Shown piece after piece: positions 1 to 9,693 of a stretch of DNA of 64,000 nucleotides. Position numbers and translations under genes: made by a program. How positions within the stretch are numbered: the first letter of the stretch is position 1; every line of letters starts with the position of its first letter. The notes under the pieces were generated by a model, which had not been told where the DNA came from, ran no database searches, and saw only the letters and a program-made list of their open reading frames with translations. This stretch comes from a virus (Duplodnaviria > Heunggongvirae > Uroviricota > Caudoviricetes): IMG/VR virus record IMGVR_UViG_3300046003_006038, positions 64,001-128,000 of that record; one strand, written 5' to 3'.

Positions 1-473
1 TCTTGATACTCTTTGCTGCCAATATCTTGTGGAAATGTAGGATTGAAAGTAAGAGTGATTGTTCGGTAAGGTTTAAAATTTTCAGGATTATATATTAAAG
101 GTCCAAATGTGCATCCCTCTTTTACCGGTTTGAAAATCACTGTAGGGTCGTACATTTTTGGAGAAAACATAATTTGGTAAACATATGCGGTTTTTCCTTC
201 ATATGTTGGGCCTTCATCTAATAGCTTATGTGTGGACGTTTGAAAAGCCTTACCTGGTTCATTAGCTCCCCCAGTGTGAGTTATCCATTTTACTTCTTTA
301 AAATGGAAATGTTCTTTTAAAATCCCTTCTGCAAGTTGTCTCTGCACTTTAGACATTTCAACTACGGCAGTAGGTTCTACTACAGTTGGGGATGAATAGG
401 TAGCAAAGTGGAGTCTGTCGTCTGTGATAGGACCTAGAAGGTCAATAAATTTTTGTGTGATTTGATTTGTCAT
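1..473 (-). CDS. Hypothetical protein, runs off left edge (MTNQITQKFIDLLGPI...)
   Basis: Manually translated open frame from ATG at 473 to the window edge; starts just after queE stop. Confidence 0.6.
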   Translation of the reverse strand, partial: MTNQITQKFIDLLGPITDDRLHFATYSSPTVVEPTAVVEMSKVQRQLAEGILKEHFHFKEVKWITHTGGANEPGKAFQTSTHKLLDEGPTYEGKTAYVYQIMFSPKMYDPTVIFKPVKEGCTFGPLIYNPENFKPYRTITLTFNPTFPQDIGSKEYQ

Positions 474-477
474 AGTA

Positions 478-1260
478 TTATACTTCTCTTTGGTCTTCAA
501 ATGCAATGATGTGAGGTCTCCAAGTTAATCTGTAACCATTATCTCTAACCCAATCAAACATTTTAGGATATGATTTGAATAAAGCCTCTCTTGAATCTCC
601 TGCTGGCATGAACCATACTTTATCTTGTGGTATGTCTAATATACTAATACATGCCATAATCTCTTCCAATGCTTCTTGATCCTCTCCGTCCCATACTGGT
701 TTTAAGTGATAGTCAGAATGATAAGCAATTGATTTGGACATTGCATCATAATTAAGTCTTAGCTTGTTGTGTTGCTTAACCATTTTATCGTCGACCACAT
801 CTCCTTGAGGGGTGAGAATACCAACTCTAGGGACAGAGTTAGAAAACTTCGGAGAAATCGATAACAAGTTGATTGGGTAATCTGTTTCAAGAAAATGACT
901 TCCTTCGGTCTCAATTGTAATGAAAATATTTCTTTCATGTGCAAAATGTGTTAATTCGTTTACTAATGCTGGATGCATTGTTGGTGATCCTCCAGTTAAC
1001 ATCATCTCTGTGATGTGAGGATTCTTGTCGTATGCTTCAATTATATTCTGGAATGAATATTTTCCTTTCTCTGGATGGATTGATGTGTATGGACTATCAC
1101 ACCAGCCTCCTTCGTTGAACCAGCAGCGGTGGGTACAGCCACTTGTTCGAATTACAATTGTAGGATATCCTGCTCTACTCCCCTCACTTTGGACTGCGGA
1201 ATAAACTTCAACTATTGGTAAGATTTTATTATAATCTTCAATTCTTTTTAACTTACTCAT
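478..1260 (-). CDS. queE: 7-carboxy-7-deazaguanine synthase (radical SAM)
   Basis: VQSEGSRAG, RTSGCTHRC...WCDS radical-SAM Cys motif, MLTGGSP, TIETEG, SISPK, WRPH; queD and queC also in window. Confidence 0.9.
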   Translation of the reverse strand: MSKLKRIEDYNKILPIVEVYSAVQSEGSRAGYPTIVIRTSGCTHRCWFNEGGWCDSPYTSIHPEKGKYSFQNIIEAYDKNPHITEMMLTGGSPTMHPALVNELTHFAHERNIFITIETEGSHFLETDYPINLLSISPKFSNSVPRVGILTPQGDVVDDKMVKQHNKLRLNYDAMSKSIAYHSDYHLKPVWDGEDQEALEEIMACISILDIPQDKVWFMPAGDSREALFKSYPKMFDWVRDNGYRLTWRPHIIAFEDQREV

Positions 1261-2069
1261 ATTACGTTTTCTTTTTTTAACATTAATCTTATTTGTGTAT
1301 CACTTGTATTAAAAATTCTTCCAATTTCTGTAAAGCCTTTGTTCTGTAAATATAATGATTTTATTTCAGAAATCCTATCCCAAAGGTCATTTCTTTTAGG
1401 CTTTTTTAAATCTGCTCTACATTTTTGAGATTCTGAAGGAGATCTTTTTTCTACATTATTCTGTTTTAAAATTCTACCTATTACCTGAGGATGACATTGA
1501 TATTCTTTTGCTAGTATGTGAATACCCTCTCCTGCTTTATACCTCTCTACAATTTGTTCAGAATTAGTATTTACATCTTTTCTCATATTCCCTGATGGAT
1601 ATTTTATTTTAGATTGTTTATTTGATTCAGATTGATTTCTTCTTATATCTGAAGGGATAATTCTGTTTCGTATAACTCCTGCGTCTATTTTATATTCTTG
1701 AGCAATTTCCTCTGCACTCTCTCCTTTTTTATATCTTTCGACAATTAAATCAACATCTTTATAAACATCTAATCTTAGTGAAGCTAAAGCTACCCCAGAA
1801 GGTCCTCCTGTTCTTTGATTGTATGTATTAGGATTTATTACATACAAATAATTTACAAGTTCTATCTCTCTTAAATCTGCTTCTTCTCTAGTATTAAAAT
1901 ACTCTAAAATTTCTTTCTTAAAGTTTTTAATTCCTACTTTTTTTATCTCTTCTTTTAAAATTAAAGAAGAACTCATATAAGAATCTTCTTCAGGAAATGG
2001 ATGCGATCTTACTCCAATATATTCTCGATTGTTTAGTAAATTTGTAATTTTGTAAATGTAATGTTTCAT
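1257..2069 (-). mobile_element. GIY-YIG homing endonuclease with C-terminal repeated HTH-like domains
   Basis: YIYKITNLLNNREYIG...YMSSS...E motif set; free-standing, stop overlaps queE start. Confidence 0.85.
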
Positions 2070-2130
2070 AATATTTGTTTATTATAAATATCACAAAATT
2101 ATAAAAACATCGATGTTATTTTGGATTATT

Positions 2131-2367
2131 TTAGAGTTTTTGTATTAAAGCATCTAAAATATGTTCTGATGTTTTTCCAAAATATGTAATACTATTATCG
2201 TAATTTTGCTGAATTGCTGAATCTCCTAATCTGATTAATCTAATTGCTCCTCCGTCTGTTATGGAAGCTTTAATTCCTTTATATGCCCAACTCTCTAAAT
2301 TATCAGATAACTTTCCTTTTTCTTTTATAATGTTGAATACTATTAAAAATTTTTGCTGTTCTGTCAT
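2131..2367 (-). CDS. Hypothetical protein
   Basis: 78-aa ORF in co-oriented gene run. Confidence 0.6.
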   Translation of the reverse strand: MTEQQKFLIVFNIIKEKGKLSDNLESWAYKGIKASITDGGAIRLIRLGDSAIQQNYDNSITYFGKTSEHILDALIQKL

Positions 2368-2468
2368 AATGTTATTTATTTTTAAATGCTCTACTTCCTT
2401 CTGATTGTACTGCTGTATAAAGCTCTACAATGGGAAGTGTTTTGTTATAATCTTCTATTCTTTTCATC

Positions 2469-2696
2469 TTAATATAAATTGTATTGACAATATTTTATGT
2501 AAAATTCAGTTCTTCCTATTTCTTGTAGCTCTTCTACATACTCCCATACTTCATCGACATACTGTTCTTTTCCATATAAATCATCTCCGTACTTTAAAGT
2601 TTCAAAGTCCCATCTTTTATCGAATGCTTTTGTTGCTAAGTATATAATTTCAGTTTCTGTCATCTTATCCGATATCATAATGTTCCCAAATAGCAT
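2469..2696 (-). CDS. Hypothetical protein
   Basis: ORF track; true start probably an internal Met. Confidence 0.55.
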   Translation of the reverse strand: MLFGNIMISDKMTETEIIYLATKAFDKRWDFETLKYGDDLYGKEQYVDEVWEYVEELQEIGRTEFYIKYCQYNLY

Positions 2697-2874
2697 CTAT
2701 ATGCTCTCTTAATTTATTCATAGCAAAGGATGCTTCGTCACATAACTTTACTAGTTCTGGGTCTTCTTCTCCGTCGTATCCGTAATGCTCTACCCAATAT
2801 CCAAATCCTTCGTTATCAATTTCTCCGAATAATTGTTCTGCTTCTTCTTGTGATAGTTTAATTTCTTTGCTCAT
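2665..2874 (-). CDS. Hypothetical acidic protein
   Basis: 69-aa ORF in gene run. Confidence 0.6.
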   Translation of the reverse strand: MSKEIKLSQEEAEQLFGEIDNEGFGYWVEHYGYDGEEDPELVKLCDEASFAMNKLREHIDAIWEHYDIG

Positions 2875-2945
2875 AATTTTATTTATTAATTATTATCAAT
2901 TCGTAACTAACCTCTCCTATAAAGGTTGCTGTTGTTGTCCAATAA

Positions 2946-3407
2946 TTACTCTCCATAAGATGCTGAGTTTCTTTCATGTTCGTAGACTTCTACTTTAGTA
3001 GCTCTCACTCTTCCGTCTGTTTCTTCAAGTAAGAATGTATTGATCTTTCCATATAAGTACTCTGCAAATCTTTCACATCCTACTGATGGAAGTATTCTTA
3101 ATTGAATAATACCTTCAGCATCCATTTGTTTGAATAAAGGTAAGTAAGGATCGTCTTCAGCTACAATAGTTGTATGATCTAAAAGGTATTCAAAAAATGC
3201 TTTTGGAGAATATCCTTCGATGTTTCCGTTTGCTCTTTTCATTCCACCAAAATCCCATACCCAGTTTCTTTCGTCTAACTCTCCTTCGAACCATACTCGG
3301 AATGATACGGCATAGCCGTGAAGAAATTTACAGTGTGTACCCTCTGCTTTCCATTGACGAAAACATGCTGAGTATCCGTCGAATAATTTTGTTGATTGAA
3401 ATTTCAT
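2946..3407 (-). CDS. queD: 6-carboxy-5,6,7,8-tetrahydropterin synthase
   Basis: HCKFLHGY Zn-binding motif, WVWDFG, LDHT, CERFAE, EVYE pattern of PTPS/QueD. Confidence 0.88.
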   Translation of the reverse strand: MKFQSTKLFDGYSACFRQWKAEGTHCKFLHGYAVSFRVWFEGELDERNWVWDFGGMKRANGNIEGYSPKAFFEYLLDHTTIVAEDDPYLPLFKQMDAEGIIQLRILPSVGCERFAEYLYGKINTFLLEETDGRVRATKVEVYEHERNSASYGE

Positions 3408-3410
3408 TTG

Positions 3411-3611
3411 TTAAAATATTAAATTATAAATTGTTGTCCATATAGCAATTGTTATGGCTCCTAATAAGATCCATATAAATGCTTTTGTGTAATCTTTCTT
3501 TCCTTCTCTGATCCATACCTGTTTTTTCAACTTAACTGTTTTAGGAGTGATAACTCTCTCAGTTAACTTCATACTCAAAGCCTGTTTTACGTGATCATTA
3601 ACTTGTCTCAT
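3411..3611 (-). CDS. Small protein with C-terminal TM helix
   Basis: Hydrophobic C-terminus AFIWILLGAITIAIW. Confidence 0.55.
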   Translation of the reverse strand: MRQVNDHVKQALSMKLTERVITPKTVKLKKQVWIREGKKDYTKAFIWILLGAITIAIWTTIYNLIF

Positions 3612-3648
3612 ATCTATAATATAATAAATTTATTTTATGATTCCAAGT

Positions 3649-3987
3649 TTATTTCCAAAATAATTGAATCATCATTATACTAAAAGCTAATCCTAAACAA
3701 ATTAATGTTTTTAGAGTAAATGGTTCTTGAAACCATGAATGTGCCATGTAACTAAATACTATTGCCCCTATTGAAAACCCCATCAATCTTGATGGCCATA
3801 ACTCTCCTTCAAAATGGTCTACTAAGTATTTAACAGACATAAGGTATAGAAAGGAAATAGGCACTCCCATTAGCGAAACTGCCCATGGATGTTGTTTAAA
3901 CCACTCCCATCTAAATTGTCCTTGTAGTTGTACGAATGTAAGTATTTGAGCCAATACTCCAAAACTAAAACCTATTATAAATTTCAT
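3649..3987 (-). CDS. Small multi-pass membrane protein
   Basis: About four hydrophobic segments in 112 aa. Confidence 0.65.
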   Translation of the reverse strand: MKFIIGFSFGVLAQILTFVQLQGQFRWEWFKQHPWAVSLMGVPISFLYLMSVKYLVDHFEGELWPSRLMGFSIGAIVFSYMAHSWFQEPFTLKTLICLGLAFSIMMIQLFWK

Positions 3988-4298
3988 ATTAACTGTATTA
4001 GATAGTAACTTAACTTGTAACCCACAAATGCTCCTATAGCTGATGGTACTGGGAATATGATTAACTTTCCTAAATCTGTAACGTATTTAGGTCGGTTAAT
4101 AATAACTCCCATATAGGCGTAGTATGCTAGGTACCCTAACAAAACTGCGATATCTGTCTTTGTTGCTATAAATACAACTAGAGTTGCTCCTATGAAGGCA
4201 AAAGTAAAATTATCTCTTACTCCTTCCCAGATTTCTTTTAAAGTGGCATCTTTCCACTCTTTGACAATTTTTTTTACTTTTGCTTTTGGTGCTTTCAT
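3984..4298 (-). CDS. Membrane protein
   Basis: Basic N-terminus plus hydrophobic segments; overlapping start/stop with neighbours. Confidence 0.65.
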   Translation of the reverse strand: MKAPKAKVKKIVKEWKDATLKEIWEGVRDNFTFAFIGATLVVFIATKTDIAVLLGYLAYYAYMGVIINRPKYVTDLGKLIIFPVPSAIGAFVGYKLSYYLIQLI

Positions 4299-5017
4299 TT
4301 TTTAAATTTCCAATTATATTTTTCTGAGTTACATCTATAATTTACTAAACTTCTGGATATATTAAAAGTTTTTGCTACTTCGTTTGCGCTTGTATACTCT
4401 CTTCCTTCTACTATAACTTTTTTCGTATTTGATGGTTTAGTTGTCCGTTTGCTTGCGTACTCTCTTAGTAACTGCTTTGTCTCTTCTGAGTGTTTCTTGC
4501 CAAAGAAAGGATTATTCTCTCCTGATTTATCTAAGCATTTGATACAACTCCTAGCTGTTGAATTAATTCTAGTTCCACATTTGCAGAAAGTCTTTCCTCC
4601 TCTCCAGTTTGAGTTAGACTCTCTCTCTTTTCCGTAAACTCTATTTCTCTCTTCTTGAGTAAGTTTGTTGAGGTTATCAGCAACTGTCTTACTTCTTCGT
4701 TCGAGGATTTCTTCTTTATATGGGTGATTTGTTAAATTGTCTCCTCCTGATGCTTGAGCTCCTATGTTATATTCTGGCTTTAGATCAAGGTATTTTTGCT
4801 CTTTTATTAGCAGCTCTTCCTCTTTGCATTCTTCTTTTACTATAAATTCAAAACAACCTCTCCCATACTTATTCCAAGCTCTCTGTAGTAGTATTGAATG
4901 GTGTACTCCTTTCTCCAAAGCCTGTGTATGCTGTTCCCATCTTTTCTCAATTTGCTTAGACGATCCTATATAACTCTTCCCTGTTACTTTATTTTTAATT
5001 TCATAAATACCTATCAT
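4295..5017 (-). mobile_element. GIY-YIG homing endonuclease with NUMOD3-like repeat
   Basis: GIYEIKNKVTGKSYIGSS, NPFFGKKHSEETK; downstream of thyA. Confidence 0.9.
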
Positions 5018-5080
5018 GTGTTTTCTTTATTATAAATAGCTTGAATTTACAAAAAGTAAAAGGTAGTTCTAAAAACATGT

Positions 5081-6148
5081 CTAGTTTGAAAGAGGAAATT
5101 TTATTGTAGGATGCGATTGATAATCGTCCATGTAAAAATCACAAGGAAGTAGTCTGTTTACCAGCTCATCAAAAGTGTTGTACGGAATTTCATCCATTGC
5201 AGGACAATCGAATGTTGGTAGTGACAATCCCTCTCTCTGTATTTGCTCTCTACATCCTTCTATTTGATTTAAGTAAATGTGACAGTCTCCTAAATTCCCA
5301 ATTAACTCATCGGGAACCATGTTAGCCACCTTTGCAAGTATTTCCAGTAATAACCCATACGATGCTATATTAAATGGAATTCCTAATGGAAAATCACACG
5401 AACGTTGATTCCACATTAAAGAGATTGCTCTGGTTGGAATTTGAAATTCATCCAATGTCTCTCTAACAGAAAGAATATATGTTGAATCTCGATTTGTCTT
5501 CTCTTCAAATAATTTTCGTCTTTCTTCGTAAGTCAACTCTCTTGTATAAACTTGAAATCCATAATGACAAGGTGGAAGAACCATTTGGTCTAATTCTCCG
5601 ACATTCCAAGCATTAACCATTAATCGTCTTGAGTCTGGATTTGTTTTAAGGTCGTTGATTAGGTTTTGAATTTGGTCTATGCTACTTAATATCTTATGAC
5701 CTTCGATATCCCCATCTTTTATTTTAAATATATTTCTCCATTGCTTACCATAAATTGGACCTAGCTCACCCCACTTTTTAGCAAACTCATCATCTGTTTT
5801 GATTTTGTTGATGAAAGATTCTTTTGATTCATATTCCATTCCAACTTCCCATTCCTTAAAATGTTCTCTAGAATAATTCTTGTAAGCATCACCATCCCAA
5901 ATGTGACAATCATTATCAACAAGGAATTTAATGTTTGTATCACCTCGTAAGAACCAAAGAAGTTCTGTTACTATTGTTTTAAATGGCATTTTCTTTGTAG
6001 TCAAGAGTGGAAAACCATCTTTCATATTGTGACGTATTTGTCTTCCGAATACTGAGATTGTTCCTGTACCTGTTCTGTCTTTCTTTTCTACTCCGTTGTC
6101 AAGAATGTCTTGGAGTAAGTCTGTGTACTGTTTATCTAGTTTGTTCAT
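5081..6148 (-). CDS. thyA: Thymidylate synthase
   Basis: DRTGTGT, FPLLTTKK, ELLWFL, RRLMVNAWN, LPPCH, QRSCD...PFNIASY, GDCHIY; start placed at MNKLDKQY. Confidence 0.97.
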   Translation of the reverse strand: MNKLDKQYTDLLQDILDNGVEKKDRTGTGTISVFGRQIRHNMKDGFPLLTTKKMPFKTIVTELLWFLRGDTNIKFLVDNDCHIWDGDAYKNYSREHFKEWEVGMEYESKESFINKIKTDDEFAKKWGELGPIYGKQWRNIFKIKDGDIEGHKILSSIDQIQNLINDLKTNPDSRRLMVNAWNVGELDQMVLPPCHYGFQVYTRELTYEERRKLFEEKTNRDSTYILSVRETLDEFQIPTRAISLMWNQRSCDFPLGIPFNIASYGLLLEILAKVANMVPDELIGNLGDCHIYLNQIEGCREQIQREGLSLPTFDCPAMDEIPYNTFDELVNRLLPCDFYMDDYQSHPTIKFPLSN

Positions 6149-6348
6149 TGTATTTTTTGATTTCTCGCTATTGACCATTCAAGTAATTTTTCTGATTCTG
6201 TCTCCTTCCGTTTAAGTCGTTCAGCAAGCTCTATATGTGAAGAAGCTGCTTCATTCCAACCATACCCCATAGCACACGCTATGAGGTACATAACATCACT
6301 TTTAGATAAGGTTATTAAGTCTGTGTATTGTTTATCTATACTGTTCAT
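6145..6348 (-). CDS. Hypothetical protein whose N-terminus copies the thyA N-terminus
   Basis: MNSIDKQYTDL vs ThyA MNKLDKQYTDL. Confidence 0.55.
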   Translation of the reverse strand: MNSIDKQYTDLITLSKSDVMYLIACAMGYGWNEAASSHIELAERLKRKETESEKLLEWSIARNQKIQ

Positions 6349-6622
6349 ATTTGGCAATTGTTGCTTGCAGTTCGTGATACATTTGTTTTAATTGTGCTCC
6401 TAATTGTTCTTCAGTTGCATACTTAATAGTCTCTAAAGTAATTTGAGAATTTAGCCTAAACCATTGTGGTGGTAAGTCCTTAGATACTCCAAACCATCCT
6501 CCTTCAGTTGATCTTGCTCCACTGTCATACATCTTAACATGACAATCAAACGTTATTTCGCAAAGACGTCTTTTGTCTGCTTCGAAGTCCATAATGGGTT
6601 CTATTTTAATCTGATTGTTCAT
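6332..6622 (-). CDS. Hypothetical protein
   Basis: ORF track, tight packing. Confidence 0.6.
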   Translation of the reverse strand: MNNQIKIEPIMDFEADKRRLCEITFDCHVKMYDSGARSTEGGWFGVSKDLPPQWFRLNSQITLETIKYATEEQLGAQLKQMYHELQATIAKYEQYR

Positions 6623-6824
6623 CTTTATACTTATTAAAGGTTTGTTTTGCTTTTTCTATATTGTCAGTATCTTCCTCCAGAAAGGTCAGAATAATAAAAT
6701 TGGCTTCTTCTTCAGTACATTTTTTATCAATGATTTTAATGTATGTTTCTACATCAACTCCTAATTCTTCTGCCATACTCATGTCTAGCATATCAAATAA
6801 CCCTATTGCTTGTTTTTTACTCAT
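6606..6824 (-). CDS. Hypothetical protein
   Basis: ORF track, tight packing. Confidence 0.6.
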   Translation of the reverse strand: MSKKQAIGLFDMLDMSMAEELGVDVETYIKIIDKKCTEEEANFIILTFLEEDTDNIEKAKQTFNKYKDEQSD

Positions 6825-6825
6825 C

Positions 6826-7029
6826 TTACCAACTATCTACGTCTGTTAAATTTAATTCGTTATTTACTAAATCATTGTATACTTTTATAGTTTGACCTAT
6901 ACCACAATCTGATACTGACCAAGTCATATTACCGTATTTACCATAAATAACCTTAATAGCAGCTGCCCATTCATCGTATAGGGCTTGCTGTTTATCATTT
7001 AGTTCTATTGTTATTTTGATGTTTGCCAT
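6826..7029 (-). CDS. Hypothetical protein
   Basis: ORF track, tight packing. Confidence 0.6.
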   Translation of the reverse strand: MANIKITIELNDKQQALYDEWAAAIKVIYGKYGNMTWSVSDCGIGQTIKVYNDLVNNELNLTDVDSW

Positions 7030-7234
7030 TTTCTAAATTTTTAAGTATTGCTTTATTACTTTCATTCCATGCTTGTTCTGATAAACATTGGTACATCTCA
7101 AAGTCATCATACTTGTCTAAAAATTTTTGTACTAATTTATTTACACAGATTTTATGTGAAATAGTGGTACATGATTTAGCTACTTGAAGTATCCATTCAT
7201 ACACATCGCATTTGTTATCTGAAGCTGCTGCCAT
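6995..7234 (-). CDS. Hypothetical protein
   Basis: ORF track, tight packing. Confidence 0.55.
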   Translation of the reverse strand: MAAASDNKCDVYEWILQVAKSCTTISHKICVNKLVQKFLDKYDDFEMYQCLSEQAWNESNKAILKNLENGKHQNNNRTK

Positions 7235-7235
7235 A

Positions 7236-7439
7236 TCACTCTCTTATTGCTGTTACCATTATATATTGAGGGTCTTTGTTTTCATTGAAAAAGTATTGTA
7301 CAAACTCTACTTTATAGTTTAAACATTCCATTTCTTTTTCTATTGAGATAAACTCTCCTAGATTAGGTCTGGATTTAAAACTTTTAAAGTCATGCTCTAC
7401 TTTACCTTCATACATTAAAATATATCTTATTAGTTCCAT
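7236..7439 (-). CDS. Hypothetical protein
   Basis: ORF track, tight packing. Confidence 0.55.
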   Translation of the reverse strand: MELIRYILMYEGKVEHDFKSFKSRPNLGEFISIEKEMECLNYKVEFVQYFFNENKDPQYIMVTAIRE

Positions 7440-7441
7440 AA

Positions 7442-7663
7442 TTATAATTTACTAAATTTAATATACTCAGTGGCTTTACAAGCCTCTAAGAATCGTTTAT
7501 TTACTTGGTTAATTGAAGGTTTACGTCCAGTACGAGTTTGGAGTTTAGTTCTTGTTTTACCTTTGTGAGAAGCTTCACCCCAATTAATATAATACCAGCC
7601 TGATTCCCTAACCAGTTGTACTTCATTTCCATTTACTGTCTTACTTGCTATAAAAGTTATCAT
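7442..7663 (-). CDS. Hypothetical protein
   Basis: ORF track, tight packing. Confidence 0.55.
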   Translation of the reverse strand: MITFIASKTVNGNEVQLVRESGWYYINWGEASHKGKTRTKLQTRTGRKPSINQVNKRFLEACKATEYIKFSKL

Positions 7664-8031
7664 TTAATTCTAGTGTAAAGGTTACCTAATATGTTTTGTT
7701 TCTTACCTCTGATTTTATCTTCAAGGTCAGCTCTTTGTTTTGATACTTCTTCTTTGATTCTTTGAACAGCTCTTTCTGTCACCTTTGTATTAAGGTTAAG
7801 AGGGTAGATCTGTTTTGTATTTACAATTTCTGCTTTCTCTGTATCAATGATTAAATCAAGGTGAAGGCAAGGTACTTGAATGTAGTATTTTGAAACATCT
7901 GGATCTTTAAGAGGTGTTTCTGCTTTAGGGTGGTAAAGTAATTTAAGTATATTTCTGTACCCTCTCAAGTCTTCTTGAGTTAATTTAGTTCTAAATTTCT
8001 TAGATATCTTATTTTTAGTTTTTCTAAACAT
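7660..8031 (-). CDS. Hypothetical basic protein
   Basis: 123-aa ORF. Confidence 0.6.
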   Translation of the reverse strand: MFRKTKNKISKKFRTKLTQEDLRGYRNILKLLYHPKAETPLKDPDVSKYYIQVPCLHLDLIIDTEKAEIVNTKQIYPLNLNTKVTERAVQRIKEEVSKQRADLEDKIRGKKQNILGNLYTRIK

Positions 8032-8036
8032 AACCT

Positions 8037-8189
8037 TTATTTTTTAAAAATAATTAAAAATTTCCCAGCTCTTGATGATACTGTGTGTATTTGTGCTGTT
8101 ACTGATTGGATTGTCCAACCTTCTTTTAAATACTTGTTAATTGTATCTTCATTATCTGTTATTACAGCTTTAAATTGATATTGTGACAT
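8037..8189 (-). CDS. Small hypothetical protein (MSQYQFKAVITD...)
   Basis: Manually translated 50-aa ORF filling the gap. Confidence 0.5.
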   Translation of the reverse strand: MSQYQFKAVITDNEDTINKYLKEGWTIQSVTAQIHTVSSRAGKFLIIFKK

Positions 8190-8225
8190 AACCTTTTTGT
8201 TTTTAAATTATAGTCAATAGTTCTA

Positions 8226-8573
8226 TTATGTTTTTAAAAGAATTTTTATTTTTTCAATAACTTCATCTGTTAAAGCCTTACCCTTTACTTTTATACAATG
8301 GCTACTCCATTCATCAATTTCAGTATATTGTTTTACTTCAAACCATTCTTCCCAACCTCCAAATGCTTTGAATATATCTTCATATTCGTAATACATTTTA
8401 ACACTCATTGAAGGTATCTTTTCTCCATTAGGTAATGTAGATCCAAAATTTGGAGTATTTAAAATCATTCTACCACAAACCCCATAAGTTATGTGAAATT
8501 CAGTTCCTATTGGATATGGTGGGAAATCTTTTTTTAATACTAAAATCTTTCCTGGAGTTAATCTTTCCTTCAT
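8226..8573 (-). CDS. Hypothetical protein
   Basis: ORF track. Confidence 0.6.
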   Translation of the reverse strand: MKERLTPGKILVLKKDFPPYPIGTEFHITYGVCGRMILNTPNFGSTLPNGEKIPSMSVKMYYEYEDIFKAFGGWEEWFEVKQYTEIDEWSSHCIKVKGKALTDEVIEKIKILLKT

Positions 8574-8578
8574 AGCTT

Positions 8579-8842
8579 TTATTTAATATTTTTTAATGGA
8601 TAAGCATTTATAATACTCTTCTTTTTTACTGACGGTCTCATATCAAATGCTCCTAATTCACCTTGTTTTATTTTTACCTTAGCTTGTTCACTAGCTTGTT
8701 TTAAAGCTGCTTCTACATGATATTTAGCAAATTCAATCATTGCTTTTTCGACATCTTTAGAAAAACATACCATTTCATTGTACTTATCATTATAAAAATG
8801 ACTAATTGTAAAACTACCTTGTAAAAAATTATATGCTGTCAT
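8579..8842 (-). CDS. Hypothetical protein
   Basis: ORF track; follows promoter at 8861. Confidence 0.65.
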   Translation of the reverse strand: MTAYNFLQGSFTISHFYNDKYNEMVCFSKDVEKAMIEFAKYHVEAALKQASEQAKVKIKQGELGAFDMRPSVKKKSIINAYPLKNIK

Positions 8843-8860
8843 AACCTTTGTGTTTTAAAT

Positions 8861-8905
8861 TATACTTAAATATACGAAAAAAGACTCACGTAAGCAAGCC
8901 TTTTT
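8861..8905 (-). promoter_or_regulatory. Composite terminator hairpin plus Bacteroidota-type promoter
   Basis: Minus strand GGCTTGCTTACGTGAGTCTTTTTTCGTATATTTAAGTATA: TTG-N20-TATATTTA, resembling the -33/-7 TTG...TAnnTTTG consensus. Confidence 0.65.
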
Positions 8906-8914
8906 CTAATTATT

Positions 8915-9484
8915 TTACAAATATTTTTTCTTTAATATTACATCCCAATAACAAGTTGTGGTCTTAACTCCATCTACTGTAGAACTCCACACACATGGAA
9001 ACTTCTTTCTAGATTTTTTTATTCTTGTTTCAGGACTTCCTACTGTTTCTCTTGAATAATACAACCAGCATTCCCAGTAATGGTGAGGTTCTGTAGGAAC
9101 AAATGTTATTGCTATTTGATAACCAAAGAACACAAATGACCAAACTGGAGACCATTCAAATCTGTAGTCTGTATCTGTCCATTTTGTTTTCCAACCTAAA
9201 TCTACAAAATCAAATCCTATTTTTTTAGGAACTGATTTACTTCTTCTACTGTAATCGTAGAATAGTTTTTCAAATCCTATTTTTTTAGCATTTGGATTTT
9301 TTTCTAGTTCAGCTGTGGCTTTATCTATGGCTTCTTGAGTTGTGTACTTTCTCCATACTCTTGGTAAGAAATAAGGTGTACCAATAGCTGTTTTACCAAT
9401 ATATACTTTTGGGACTGGTGGTTTGAATGGAGAGAAGTAGACTTTCATCCATTCGAATTTTTTTAAAAAATATTTTAGTTTCAT
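8915..9484 (-). CDS. Hypothetical aromatic-rich protein
   Basis: 189-aa ORF. Confidence 0.65.
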   Translation of the reverse strand: MKLKYFLKKFEWMKVYFSPFKPPVPKVYIGKTAIGTPYFLPRVWRKYTTQEAIDKATAELEKNPNAKKIGFEKLFYDYSRRSKSVPKKIGFDFVDLGWKTKWTDTDYRFEWSPVWSFVFFGYQIAITFVPTEPHHYWECWLYYSRETVGSPETRIKKSRKKFPCVWSSTVDGVKTTTCYWDVILKKKYL

Positions 9485-9690
9485 AATCCTTTTTGGTTTT
9501 TGTAGATAACATATAAGTCGGTTATTAGTGCTTTACCATCTAAATGATGATGCGTACCACCTGGTGTAAGTACTTGATTGTTCAGCCATTTACCAAATTC
9601 CATAGCATTTTCATCTGCTATTGCTTCACAGTATTTAGCATTTTCTTTGTAATCATTATAACCATCTTCAAATTTTTCTCTTAATGTCAT
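9481..9690 (-). CDS. Hypothetical protein
   Basis: ORF track. Confidence 0.6.
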   Translation of the reverse strand: MTLREKFEDGYNDYKENAKYCEAIADENAMEFGKWLNNQVLTPGGTHHHLDGKALITDLYVIYKNQKGL

Positions 9691-9693
9691 AGC

